Shown here: piece by piece, positions 42,921 through 52,155 of the stretch
Numbering within the stretch: the first letter of the stretch is position 1
Layout of the letters: each line of letters opens with the position of its first letter
Source: a virus
IMG/VR virus record: IMGVR_UViG_3300025941_000667
Coordinates: 14,218-78,217 of that record
Direction: 5' to 3' (one strand)
Length of the DNA stretch: 64,000 bases
The notes under the pieces: generated by a model
Told to the model about the DNA's origin: nothing
Database searches by the model: none
The model's input: only the letters and a program-made list of their open reading frames with translations
Translations under genes and position numbers: made by a program

Positions 42921-44918
42921 TCAGAGTGTCCCGCCGCTTTCGAGGCCCGGACCACCCATCAGTCCGGGAGGAATCCTTTGGAGAGCCGGAGGTAACGGTT
43001 GCGCGGAGTGAATAGTTCCCATTGACGGGGGGCCTGCCACCGGAGGATTGACGGGCGCACCAACAGGGATACCCCCGGCAGGCGGTCCCCCGTTCTGTTG
43101 CTGAGCTTTTTGCATTTCCGCTTGCTGCTGTTGCTGCATCATCGCCAGCTGGACGCGCGCTTGTTGATCGGCTTGCATTTGGGCAGCTTTCTCAAATTCC
43201 TCTTCTGCATTGGGCACTTGCGCCACTTCCATCACCGTTATTGGGTGCATCCAGCCTTTATCTGCGAACCGTTCGTACATGGAAATCTTGGGCAGTTGCG
43301 CAACGGCTAAGGCGCTGAAGGGTTTAATCCGGAACGTAAAGTCATCGAACAGATGCTGGAGCATCCGAGTCTGCTCTTCTTCAGACCCAGCCATCGCTAG
43401 CTCACGAACCAGTTCCCCCCGCTGCCACAGCACCCGCTGTATTTCTTTCTCGTTCGAGAGCAAGAGCACCCGGTCGTCGCTGAAATACTGGAGAACCCGG
43501 CTAATCATGAGCTGACCAAGCCGGTTCAGCATGTCTTCCGCGACACGGGCTTGCAGGCGAATCGTGTACTGCGAGGCTAAGAGCAGCGAGTCGAGGGCAA
43601 CACCGGAAGTAACACCTTCTGGCCGTTGGCCCTGCGTGACGGGCGTAACACCTGTAATTTGTTCGAGGAGCTTTTGCAGTAGTTCAATCGTCGAGAAGAC
43701 GACGGTGCTCATTTGCGCCGGATTCACCTGTTCAAAGCGCATGTTCTTCGGAACTACCCACGCCCACCCAGGTCTGTCTCTCCACTTCCGAAACTTATCC
43801 AGTTCAGGGGGTTCGAGAGCATCCTGTTCCATAATCCACGGTGGGTCATTCGCAAGTTTTGCATTGTGAACAACACCACTAATCAACACATTGAGCGCAA
43901 CTTGCATCGTTTCAACGGTGTCAATCTCGGAATCGCCATACGGATGCCCCATCTGGAGGCCCCAATCGAAGACTTCGAAAGGAAATCCGCCATCCCAGTT
44001 GACGTTGGGACCATCGTAGAGAATGACATCGCGCGACCAGACAATCACCCGCTTCCGAGGAAACAAGAAGTTTGGTTGAGAACTATTCGGCATCGTCGGC
44101 TCAATGGGATGCACCGACGGATCACGAAAATAGCAGCGGAACTCTTCCGCGTAGGGGATGGCGGAATTGCGAAAATGCCGATGATGCCCACGGCGGCCAG
44201 GGCGCACAAACGGGCGGGCGCCGATCGAGCCTAGATCGTCATCCTCCTCATCGCCCGGCAGTTCATACTGGGAGAGTCCCACGTCAGGGCGCACCCGATA
44301 GCCCGCCTCTCCATAGAGTTGACGGAAATCTGAGAGCGGGCGCACCTTGCGAATGATCCCATAGAGCGCATCGGTCTGGAGATTCTCAGGATGCAGCAAG
44401 CCGCGATCTAAGAGCACGTCTTTTTGCTTCATGACGTCGAAGCGGACATTGCGCACGCGATGGTCCCACATACAGGTGACGGGAGCACTACCGTCGAGGC
44501 TTCCCATCGCCACCATATTTTTGAAAAGCCTCTGCATATTGTTCTCTTCCCACAAGGCAAGAGACACATCCTTCAACATGCTCGCAGTGGCCGAAAATTG
44601 ATTTGAGCGGCTCACGACGTCGAGCTGAGGAACGGAGTCTGTGAGCATCGCAATTTTGCGTTCAAGATTCGAGCGGAAGAGATTGACCACGACTCGCGCC
44701 CGATAATTGGCTTCGCCGCGTGACAAGAAGTGATTCGAAGACAAGAAATCAAAAGCCCTCTGCGTCCGTTCTGCTAACCCGAGTTCGCCCCGCCACGCGC
44801 GGGACTCATCAACAAGTCGGTCACAAAACTTGATGACCTTCCGATGGTCAGTTGTTACCTGAATCGGATCGACCTGGACCGGTGTGAGTTCGTCGAGAAC
44901 GGATTCGAGAGATTCCAT
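42921..44918 (-). CDS. Portal protein (665 aa)
   Basis: Size, position after terminase, ITGVTPVTQG..SGVAL motif, Q-rich helical C-terminal barrel as in P22-like portals. Confidence 0.85.
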   Translation of the reverse strand: MESLESVLDELTPVQVDPIQVTTDHRKVIKFCDRLVDESRAWRGELGLAERTQRAFDFLSSNHFLSRGEANYRARVVVNLFRSNLERKIAMLTDSVPQLDVVSRSNQFSATASMLKDVSLALWEENNMQRLFKNMVAMGSLDGSAPVTCMWDHRVRNVRFDVMKQKDVLLDRGLLHPENLQTDALYGIIRKVRPLSDFRQLYGEAGYRVRPDVGLSQYELPGDEEDDDLGSIGARPFVRPGRRGHHRHFRNSAIPYAEEFRCYFRDPSVHPIEPTMPNSSQPNFLFPRKRVIVWSRDVILYDGPNVNWDGGFPFEVFDWGLQMGHPYGDSEIDTVETMQVALNVLISGVVHNAKLANDPPWIMEQDALEPPELDKFRKWRDRPGWAWVVPKNMRFEQVNPAQMSTVVFSTIELLQKLLEQITGVTPVTQGQRPEGVTSGVALDSLLLASQYTIRLQARVAEDMLNRLGQLMISRVLQYFSDDRVLLLSNEKEIQRVLWQRGELVRELAMAGSEEEQTRMLQHLFDDFTFRIKPFSALAVAQLPKISMYERFADKGWMHPITVMEVAQVPNAEEEFEKAAQMQADQQARVQLAMMQQQQQAEMQKAQQQNGGPPAGGIPVGAPVNPPVAGPPSMGTIHSAQPLPPALQRIPPGLMGGPGLESGGTL

Positions 44919-44926
44919 GTTTTACT

Positions 44927-45185
44927 TTATGAAGCGAAGAAAAAGCGAAAGTAGAAGGCAAAAAAGGCATTGGGTGAGCCGCCATAGAGCAAGAAACCAA
45001 TTATAAAAGACAGAGCAAGGATGAGGACAAGCAAGGAAAGATTATTGGAATACTGCGGCATCTTAGTACGAAATTTCCTGGTGTTGCAAAGCAGGACGAT
45101 TAAAAGGGTACGTCAATGCTAACAGCATCTCTAATAACCCTACGCCAAAGACGCCAATGTAAAGATACTGTATGGGCTTTTTCAC
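44927..45185 (-). CDS. Two tiny membrane ORFs (45063-45185, 40 aa; 44927-45061, 44 aa)
   Basis: Translated by hand: MKKPIQYLYIGVFGVGLLEMLLAL.. and MPQYSNNLSLLVLILALSFIIGFLLYG..; tightly packed. Confidence 0.35.
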
Positions 45186-45325
45186 AATCTGCCTGTCAAT
45201 AACAACACCAAGGCCACTATCAGCAGCACACCAACAATGCCGCTCGGGAAGTATCCGTATTGATGGTACCCCCAGGTCGGTAGGCCGCCAAAAAGAAGAA
45301 GGATCAGAATGATGAGGAGTAACAT
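45182..45325 (-). CDS. DUF3309-like small membrane protein (47 aa)
   Basis: MLLLIILILLLFGGLPTWGYHQYGYFPSGIVGVLLIVALVLLLTGRL; TAATG-coupled. Confidence 0.75.
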   Translation of the reverse strand: MLLLIILILLLFGGLPTWGYHQYGYFPSGIVGVLLIVALVLLLTGRL

Positions 45326-45672
45326 TATTCTTCAGACTCCTCTGGCGTAGTCATCACGTATATGGGCGAGGCCGGTTCTTGCGTATCCGGGAAAGCATTC
45401 AGGGTAGGATACGGCCCCAGCTTTTGGAAGGTGTGCGCGCGAGCTATCAGTGTCCCTAACGCATGTTTTCGGTCTCGTAAGCCTGCCATGCGGTCTAGTA
45501 CGGAGGCATACTCCTCTTCGGACGGCGTACTCTCAAGCAAGGCAATCAGTTTCTGCAAATCTGCTTCAATCATGGCCTGCTCAGCTTCTGCCCCTTGCAT
45601 AAACGCAGCAACATCAAAATTATCCATGGGCTCCTCCTTCGGCGGTTGGGGTTTTGGATGGCGTTTGCGCAT
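45325..45672 (-). CDS. Hypothetical coiled-coil protein (115 aa)
   Basis: GAGGTG RBS. Confidence 0.55.
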   Translation of the reverse strand: MRKRHPKPQPPKEEPMDNFDVAAFMQGAEAEQAMIEADLQKLIALLESTPSEEEYASVLDRMAGLRDRKHALGTLIARAHTFQKLGPYPTLNAFPDTQEPASPIYVMTTPEESEE

Positions 45673-45686
45673 AGTGACACCTCTCC

Positions 45687-45962
45687 TTATTGCTTGATAA
45701 GAGCAGGAGCGTCAGCGATGTCAGCCATAATTGCTGTCGCCAATTCATCCATAATCCTTGGATACTTATCAAACTTATTGGCAGGATCAGCGCCAGCAAG
45801 AAGCAAGATGTGTTTCACCAGTGCACCAAAACCCAGAGCAACCATGTGTGGCTGTCTTTGCATAATGGCATACACAATCATGCCAACTTGACTACCAAAT
45901 GAAAATAAATCTTCCCAGGTAAGGCCAAACATATAATTACCCGTTCCTCCAGTCTTGTTCAT
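45687..45962 (-). CDS. Hypothetical protein (91 aa)
   Basis: Operon packing. Confidence 0.5.
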   Translation of the reverse strand: MNKTGGTGNYMFGLTWEDLFSFGSQVGMIVYAIMQRQPHMVALGFGALVKHILLLAGADPANKFDKYPRIMDELATAIMADIADAPALIKQ

Positions 45963-46377
45963 ACTTCAAGACTTCTTCAGGTGGTTGCTCTTCTTGTTGT
46001 CCTGCTCCATTCACAAACTCTTTCGGGTGGAATATCCGCGGTTCCTTCACCTGCGCATTGACTTTGCTCCAGAGTCGCGTCGATTGCTCTGTCACTACAC
46101 CCAGCGTCTCATGCGCAAGCTGCGTCTCGTCAACCAAGGCTTTCAGCGCCGTGGTGTTTGCCGACTGGATCTCAGTCAAGAAAACCTTGATACTGTCCTT
46201 CGAGACACGCAGCAGATCCTGCATATCCATGTTGGCCTTATACAGCGCCTCGACGGCTTCCCGGAGTGCTCGCGCCGTTGTGAGCGCTGTCGCCGCTAAC
46301 CACAACGTACCGCCTATGCCAAGGCCCAAGACCAAGGCAAGGAGGAGATAACAGAGCATCACCAAGGATTCGGTCAC
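45937..46377 (-). CDS. N-terminal TM plus coiled-coil protein (146 aa)
   Basis: LLLALVLGLGIGGTLWLAA followed by heptad-like helix. Confidence 0.55.
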   Translation of the reverse strand: MTESLVMLCYLLLALVLGLGIGGTLWLAATALTTARALREAVEALYKANMDMQDLLRVSKDSIKVFLTEIQSANTTALKALVDETQLAHETLGVVTEQSTRLWSKVNAQVKEPRIFHPKEFVNGAGQQEEQPPEEVLKYEQDWRNG

Positions 46378-47355
46378 TTATGCCGCCTGGCGCGCAAAGT
46401 ATTGCGCGCGAATCTGCTTCACGAGACTGACAAACTCTGCGGCGCCGCTGACTCGTTTCCCGGTCGCCAAAGCGCCACACCATAGCTCATGATAGCGCTG
46501 CCCTTCGTGCGCATCTTCAATGCGACGGGTACAGTAACCACACATTCCTTCTGGCATTTCAAGCGGCGGCAAGGCTTCGTAAGGTACGGTAAACACCTCT
46601 TCCTCAAACTGCGGCAAGGACTCAGCGAGCGGCTTCCCGACCGCGCGCTTGCCACATTCAGCATGATATGCCTGACCATCGCGACCGTTGATAATTGGCT
46701 TCTGACAACCTTTGCAAATCAATCCGCCTGACGGCGCTGCCAAAACAGTCCCGGCATTACGTCCCATTGTCTGACCACTACTAAACAGAACGCTCTTGAC
46801 CCGTTGCATCGCTTCGGGTCGATAAATCGCTTGCTGAATAATCGCGAGCAGCGCAGGAAACTTGTTGACCTTAGTAATATCGCACCAGGTCACGAATCGG
46901 CCACGCTCAGCGGCAGGCATAGCAGCAAGGATGGTATTCAGAGCGAGCATCTCATTCGAGACTTGCGGATCATCAAGTAAGGAATTTTGCCAGAATTCCT
47001 GCTCCAGTTCGGTCATTTCAATCATGTGAGAAGGGCGAGTAGACATAAAAGGAATGACATTGGGGTCATCTTTTGTATCGTTGATGATATGTAAGGTATG
47101 AAGATTGGGAGCGTCTCCGTGCACGGATGCCGCCCCCTCCTTCACCGATTGCGGGTCATCGCCGGCGTTGTACGGCGCTGACGACTCCGCAGTCGTCGCA
47201 GCTACTGGCTCCTGCGCGTCCGAACGAGCACTCGGAGGCGCTAAGAGATCCGCAGTCTGCATCAGGGCTAACGCTTTATCTGTTTCTTGTTGTCGAGCAA
47301 CCGCCATAACTTTTTCCTTTATTGCTGGTGGATGTCGGAGCTTTCGCTTTTTCAT
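46378..47355 (-). CDS. Hypothetical protein with two CxxC..H..C Zn-finger-like motifs (325 aa)
   Basis: CKGC..GQAYHAECG and CGYC..GQRYHELWCG. Confidence 0.6.
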   Translation of the reverse strand: MKKRKLRHPPAIKEKVMAVARQQETDKALALMQTADLLAPPSARSDAQEPVAATTAESSAPYNAGDDPQSVKEGAASVHGDAPNLHTLHIINDTKDDPNVIPFMSTRPSHMIEMTELEQEFWQNSLLDDPQVSNEMLALNTILAAMPAAERGRFVTWCDITKVNKFPALLAIIQQAIYRPEAMQRVKSVLFSSGQTMGRNAGTVLAAPSGGLICKGCQKPIINGRDGQAYHAECGKRAVGKPLAESLPQFEEEVFTVPYEALPPLEMPEGMCGYCTRRIEDAHEGQRYHELWCGALATGKRVSGAAEFVSLVKQIRAQYFARQAA

Positions 47356-47401
47356 CGGGTGTTACCGTATGCCACATTAAGCAAAAGGCAAGGGACGAAT
47401 A

Positions 47402-48433
47402 TCACTCTCTCCAGCTCTCCGTATCCGATTCCTCAAAACGATTCTGCCGCACACGTTCTAACTCTTTGCGCAGGAGCGCGGCGTCAACATTCACTGGCTG
47501 CACTTCGCGCGGCTGACGATTCTTCCCATATGGAGTAAACGGCAAACACAACGCCATATACTGAATACAGTCTTGCGTATGCGAGAATGCGCCCTTTTCC
47601 GGTTCTTCGCCGGCCCCATGCTTCGAGAACGCATAACCGCCCTGCATCCCATCAATAACGAGCGTACAGGTCGGATCAATCAAAAAGCCTGCGGTTCTTG
47701 GCCCTTCCCTTGAGGGAGGCGACCAATCCAGCCAATCGTTCACAATGTTGGTCCGGTTCAGAATCTTATTACTCGGCGCCAGCTGCAAGCGAATGCCATT
47801 TTGCCTAAAGATCTGTTCAGCTGTGCCCTGGCGCTGTACGGTTTCGTTGGCGATCGTCGGATCACCGACGTCGCGCCACGTCACCCCAGGAAACTCGACA
47901 TTACGAAACTCCTTGACGAGCTGAATGAATTGCCCAAGTCCGGAGACATTGTACTCTTGGTCTTGGTACGGACTCCTCGAGGAAGAGTTCGTCAAAAAGG
48001 CGCCGGCCATTTGCCGGGCTGCATAGATGTACAAATGTCGGTCCCAACACTGGCCGATCACTGCGGCATGGATGCCAATGTCCCAGCCACACCACATTTC
48101 AAGCCCTTTGTAATAGGTCAACGAAATTTTCCCTGGCGGATTATTCTGCGGCATGCGGGCAACATGCCAGGTGCTATCGAAGCTGGAATACACAGGACGA
48201 CCGCCGAAGCTCTCAAAGTTGAGCTCCATTTCCTGCTCCCACGCCTGATCCGTGAAATCCTTCATGGTCTCGTGCATCCACGTCAGACTTCGATGCTCAG
48301 AATGGGCAGTGTAATGGAGAGCAAGCACCTCGACGCCATTGAATGGATTGACCCAGTTGGCGACACCCTGCATGGGAAGGTCAGCGTAATGGGGCACCTT
48401 GAGCTTGCCCATGTTGGCGATACGGTTAGGCAT
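47402..48433 (-). CDS. terL: Terminase large subunit, C-terminal part (end of ATPase domain + RNase H-like nuclease), 343 aa
   Basis: WEQEMELNF, CGWDIG, GDP and HTQDCIQY motifs; own SD GAGGGAGG; TGATG overlap with the upstream part. Confidence 0.8.
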   Translation of the reverse strand: MPNRIANMGKLKVPHYADLPMQGVANWVNPFNGVEVLALHYTAHSEHRSLTWMHETMKDFTDQAWEQEMELNFESFGGRPVYSSFDSTWHVARMPQNNPPGKISLTYYKGLEMWCGWDIGIHAAVIGQCWDRHLYIYAARQMAGAFLTNSSSRSPYQDQEYNVSGLGQFIQLVKEFRNVEFPGVTWRDVGDPTIANETVQRQGTAEQIFRQNGIRLQLAPSNKILNRTNIVNDWLDWSPPSREGPRTAGFLIDPTCTLVIDGMQGGYAFSKHGAGEEPEKGAFSHTQDCIQYMALCLPFTPYGKNRQPREVQPVNVDAALLRKELERVRQNRFEESDTESWRE

Positions 48434-49173
48434 CAAAACGCCTCCCTCGTATGACTCACAGTCTTGTCGTTCACCACGTCACTCCAGAACGTTCCATTGA
48501 TTGCGCTGCAAATGACCCTGACCTTGCCGCCACCCATCGTCGTGGGCAACATCGCCGTGTACGACCTTTCTTGCCATTCCCAAAAGCCGAACTCTTCGAC
48601 ATGCAGTAATGTCGCCCCTTCCTGCCGGAGATCGTCCGGCTTCTGGTTCAACGCGATAATCTTGCTGTTGGTCTCCTCGAACTCCAACACCGTCGCATTG
48701 CCTTCCTTCCCATGCCTCACGTAGATATGCGGCTTGGGCATCTCGCGCGGGAGGTGCTGATAGATGAAGAGACAACGCTGGACGAGTTTGTCCGAGTCTG
48801 TTTGATCCTTGCTCGCGATGTAGACTTGAGCCGAGGGCGTCCACATCGCAGTATGGAGATCGAGGGCGCAGGCTGTCCAGGTCACAATCATTCGTCGACT
48901 CTTCGGAATAGCCAGCACACGCCGAGGCGACAGATACTTATGGACAAAAATGACGATGAAATCTTCGCGAGGAATACGTCGAATCGGGTTCTTGACGATC
49001 ATCGGCCCATTGGGGTTCATGGGGTCTTGTACGTTTGTTGGATCTTCGGTCCAACAGGCTTGTGTGACAAACGAGACAGGATTGCGCAGCCAGCCAGTAA
49101 TCACCGCGGACCACCAAGCTTGTGTCTGCGAGGAGTCCAGCGGCATTTGTCGGGGATAGGCAACAGCAACCAT
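48433..49173 (-). CDS. terL: Terminase large subunit, N-terminal ATPase part (246 aa)
   Basis: IPKSRRMIVTW (Walker A region), LLHVEEFGF (Walker B), ICSAING (coupling motif). Confidence 0.8.
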   Translation of the reverse strand: MVAVAYPRQMPLDSSQTQAWWSAVITGWLRNPVSFVTQACWTEDPTNVQDPMNPNGPMIVKNPIRRIPREDFIVIFVHKYLSPRRVLAIPKSRRMIVTWTACALDLHTAMWTPSAQVYIASKDQTDSDKLVQRCLFIYQHLPREMPKPHIYVRHGKEGNATVLEFEETNSKIIALNQKPDDLRQEGATLLHVEEFGFWEWQERSYTAMLPTTMGGGKVRVICSAINGTFWSDVVNDKTVSHTREAF

Positions 49174-49214
49174 AAGGCAAACAAAAGGCGAAAATGAAAA
49201 ACAAAAAAAAAAGA

Positions 49215-50932
49215 CTACGGCTTCTTATCAGCAGGCCAGAGCAAGCGCGCAACATACAGAGAGGTGCGCCCTTCGTCATACTTGGCAACGACCTTTTCAG
49301 CATGGAGCTGTTCTGTCACGTCTTCGAGCCCGTGTTCATCATCATACTGTTGCAGCATGGATTGCACCTGTTGATACGCCTCCCGATGCGCGCCGTTGAT
49401 GTGGCGCCGCAGGTTAATGGGGTGCACATCTTGTTTGCAGAATCGACACAGCATACTACGACTTCCTATGCCTATCCCGCACCCGGTTCACCTTCTTCTC
49501 TGGGGCCGGAGCTTTCTGCGGCACGGGAATAGGCTTCATGGGGGCAGGCTCGCTAAACCGAATCGGAATCTCGCGAATGCCTTTGCGGGCGTTTTCCTCA
49601 ATAACCTCAAGTGTCGCAAGCGCAGGCGCAAGGCCAAGCAAGGTAATCACCTGCTGAAGCCTGTGCTCCAATGCGGCTACTCGGTTGTAGGTCTCTTCGC
49701 TTTCAAACCAGCTACGTTCGGGCATTTTATTTCGCCTTTCTCAATATCTCTCGCGCCGTCGACTCGCGCATTCCCTGATGATAGAGCAGCATATAGATCG
49801 AGGCGCGGCGCCGATCGTTCCACGACTCGACGAGCGCGACATCCGCGTCTTCTTCTTCTTTGGTGGTCAGCGCTACAGAAGCCTGCGGCGCCATTACACA
49901 CTCACGGTAGTGCTGAGCTTCGGCGTAGACCTTTGCCCAATATGCCTTCCGCTCTTCTGGAGTCGGGAAAATCGGGGCAGAAAAAAAGTATCGGTTCACT
50001 GGGATCATCGTTCAATCCTTCCTAGTCCGCTCATATCTACCCAGGTTTCTTTCTGCGGGCGAGACGAAATCCTGAACTCCTGCTCACGTTGCCGCTGCGT
50101 ATTATTTAAGCGTCCTTGCAGCGCGCGGTAGGCGTACCAGTGACGTTCCTTCCAGTGAGAGCGCAGTTTATGCTCGTCCATCTCCGCCCCACAGGCTTTA
50201 CACTTCACTCGCTTGTCTTCTGGGACCAACCAGCGAGCGGGCGATTTTCCCGACTCTGGTTCAGGCGCAGGTTTCGGTAGTTCATCGAAGGCCTCGTGCG
50301 CGCGGTACATGTCCGCAATCATCTTGTCAATTTTCTTTTGCGAGTCGGCATCCATCAGGATTCTTCCCATGCTTCCTCAAGGGCGGCGTAAATCCCCCGA
50401 ACTGTTTTACGTAATTCCTCTTTTGATTTTTCAGGAAGACCCACATAAGCAGGGGGCGCAGCTTTTCCCTGTTCCGTTGTCCATATCTGCCACCAGATCT
50501 CAGCCACACGTTCAACTGCCGGCAAATCGACTCTCGCAAAAATATAGGTAGGAATATCCGGCATCAGTCAGCCTTTCGCTCTTTCAGTCTTGCAATCGCC
50601 TCTTCTTCTGTGGCGACAAAGTCTACTTCAAGCAGTTTTTCGTTGCGTACCAACACGGCATCAGTTTGACAGAGTCCCTGATAGCCGATGTCGGTAACGG
50701 TGTAGACGAAGATATCACCGAGGCACGGGCCAGCATGGCGACGAGATTCACAGAGATGGCGGGCCTTGCGCCTGTCCTGGAGCTGCTTGGTCTCTTCGAT
50801 GAACGCCTTGACTGTGTCGCTACTTGCCATATTACTCCAATCGCATTTCACCTGAGTAGGCCATGTGTAACCCACAGCTGTCGACATAACAGTAGCTATC
50901 CCGTCGAGAGTCCCAGTTGACCCATTTCTCAT
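49215..50932 (-). CDS. Run of six small hypothetical genes (49215-49454, 49456-49725, 49727-50008, 50005-50370, 50355-50564, 50564-50932)
   Basis: Abutting or overlapping ORFs; two carry C2H2-like fingers (CRFC..HINGAH; CKAC..HWKERH). Confidence 0.55.
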
Positions 50933-51248
50933 GTTTACGGGGACACACGACCTTTGCCAGTTTGTTCAGTTCGCGGCCTTTATCTTCCATCGCCCCACAA
51001 ACCCATTGCTGAAAGGCCATGTACCCTTGCTCGAGAGCACCGGACATGGTCATGGTCTTACTCCGCTTTCCTAGCATAGCCCACTCTCGACTAGCCTCGG
51101 CTTGGCTGGGTCGAATTGGCCCCTCATTCTCACAATCTTCACAATGTATAGCGTAAGTTTCAGGGCCAATTTCAGGAAATTCACTACCCCAACAAAAGAG
51201 CTGACCTTCACCGCCACACTCTTTGCAGTCTGCATGCTCGAGGCTCAC
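50832..51248 (-). CDS. Lar-like (restriction alleviation) Zn-ribbon protein
   Basis: CKECGGEG..YAIHCEDC..GP..SQAEASREW pattern. Confidence 0.5.
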   Translation of the reverse strand: MSLEHADCKECGGEGQLFCWGSEFPEIGPETYAIHCEDCENEGPIRPSQAEASREWAMLGKRSKTMTMSGALEQGYMAFQQWVCGAMEDKGRELNKLAKVVCPRKHEKWVNWDSRRDSYCYVDSCGLHMAYSGEMRLE

Positions 51249-51937
51249 TTCACCACCTCGCCATCAATGATCACACCGGGCGGTGGATTCAGCAACGAGG
51301 CTTCTCCGGACCACGGCTTTTCCATTGAGTCGATTGCGCCAGATTTCACAAAATTAAGAAATTCAAGGAACGCATTGGTCTGCGCAGTAGCAGCTTGCTT
51401 CTTCTCTTCTTCCCACAAGCGGAAGTGGCGACCAAGTAAGTCGATCGGCGTCACCTTGGGGTGCATTTCGACTGACACATTGGGATTGCCGTTGCGATCA
51501 TGAGTCACAGTCACTTTCTGAATAGCCGCGGTGACATGCTCGGGTAACTCGCTGGACTCTTTGACTTTGATACCATCCGGCCCCCACGAAATCACATCGG
51601 CAATGTCGCTATGCGCCAGGGTGGCCGCGGCTTTGATTGTGTTCAGCGCAGAAGCTTCGATGAGGCGAACATGACGCTCTTGGATCTCAGTGACAACGCG
51701 CTCAGTTACGTCGAGGCGTAGCTTATCAACATATTTATCGTAAGCCGTGGCGCGTGCTTCCCAATCATAAAGCTTTTGCCAGTTCTGCCATGTTCCTGAG
51801 GTGCGGGCTTTTGGATCGTTGCGCCACACGCGAAACGCCATCGTTACCTGCCGCGGCGCCATAATGCCGCGAAAAATCATAAAAGCGGCGTAAGCAGAGT
51901 CTGGTTCGTTTTCTTGTTGTTCCCAGAGTGCCGGCAT
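51245..51937 (-). CDS. terS: Terminase small subunit (230 aa)
   Basis: WEQQENEPDSAYAAF..W..RATAYD N-terminus; HSDIADV..AAIQKV..DLLGRH C-terminus. Confidence 0.75.
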   Translation of the reverse strand: MPALWEQQENEPDSAYAAFMIFRGIMAPRQVTMAFRVWRNDPKARTSGTWQNWQKLYDWEARATAYDKYVDKLRLDVTERVVTEIQERHVRLIEASALNTIKAAATLAHSDIADVISWGPDGIKVKESSELPEHVTAAIQKVTVTHDRNGNPNVSVEMHPKVTPIDLLGRHFRLWEEEKKQAATAQTNAFLEFLNFVKSGAIDSMEKPWSGEASLLNPPPGVIIDGEVVK

Positions 51938-51968
51938 AGATCACATATTTTCACCGCTGCTAAAAAAG

Positions 51969-52155
51969 CATTCACTCTCCATTCACTTTAAAGTGTACTA
52001 GCCATTCACTTTTGCCAGAAGTGAACGCGCCTGGGGAGAAACGTCATTCACTTCCGGCTCTCATCACGGGGTCTCTAACATCGCTAACCCTGCCACAATA
52101 AAAGGAGATTGCAAGAGAGTGAGTGGAAAAGTGAATAAAGTGAGTGAGACTCACT
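51969..52155. repeat. Cluster of CA(T/C)TCACT-type repeats upstream of terS
   Basis: + copies at 51969, 51980, 52003, 52045, (52149); - copies at 52020, 52118, 52130, 52139. Confidence 0.7.
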
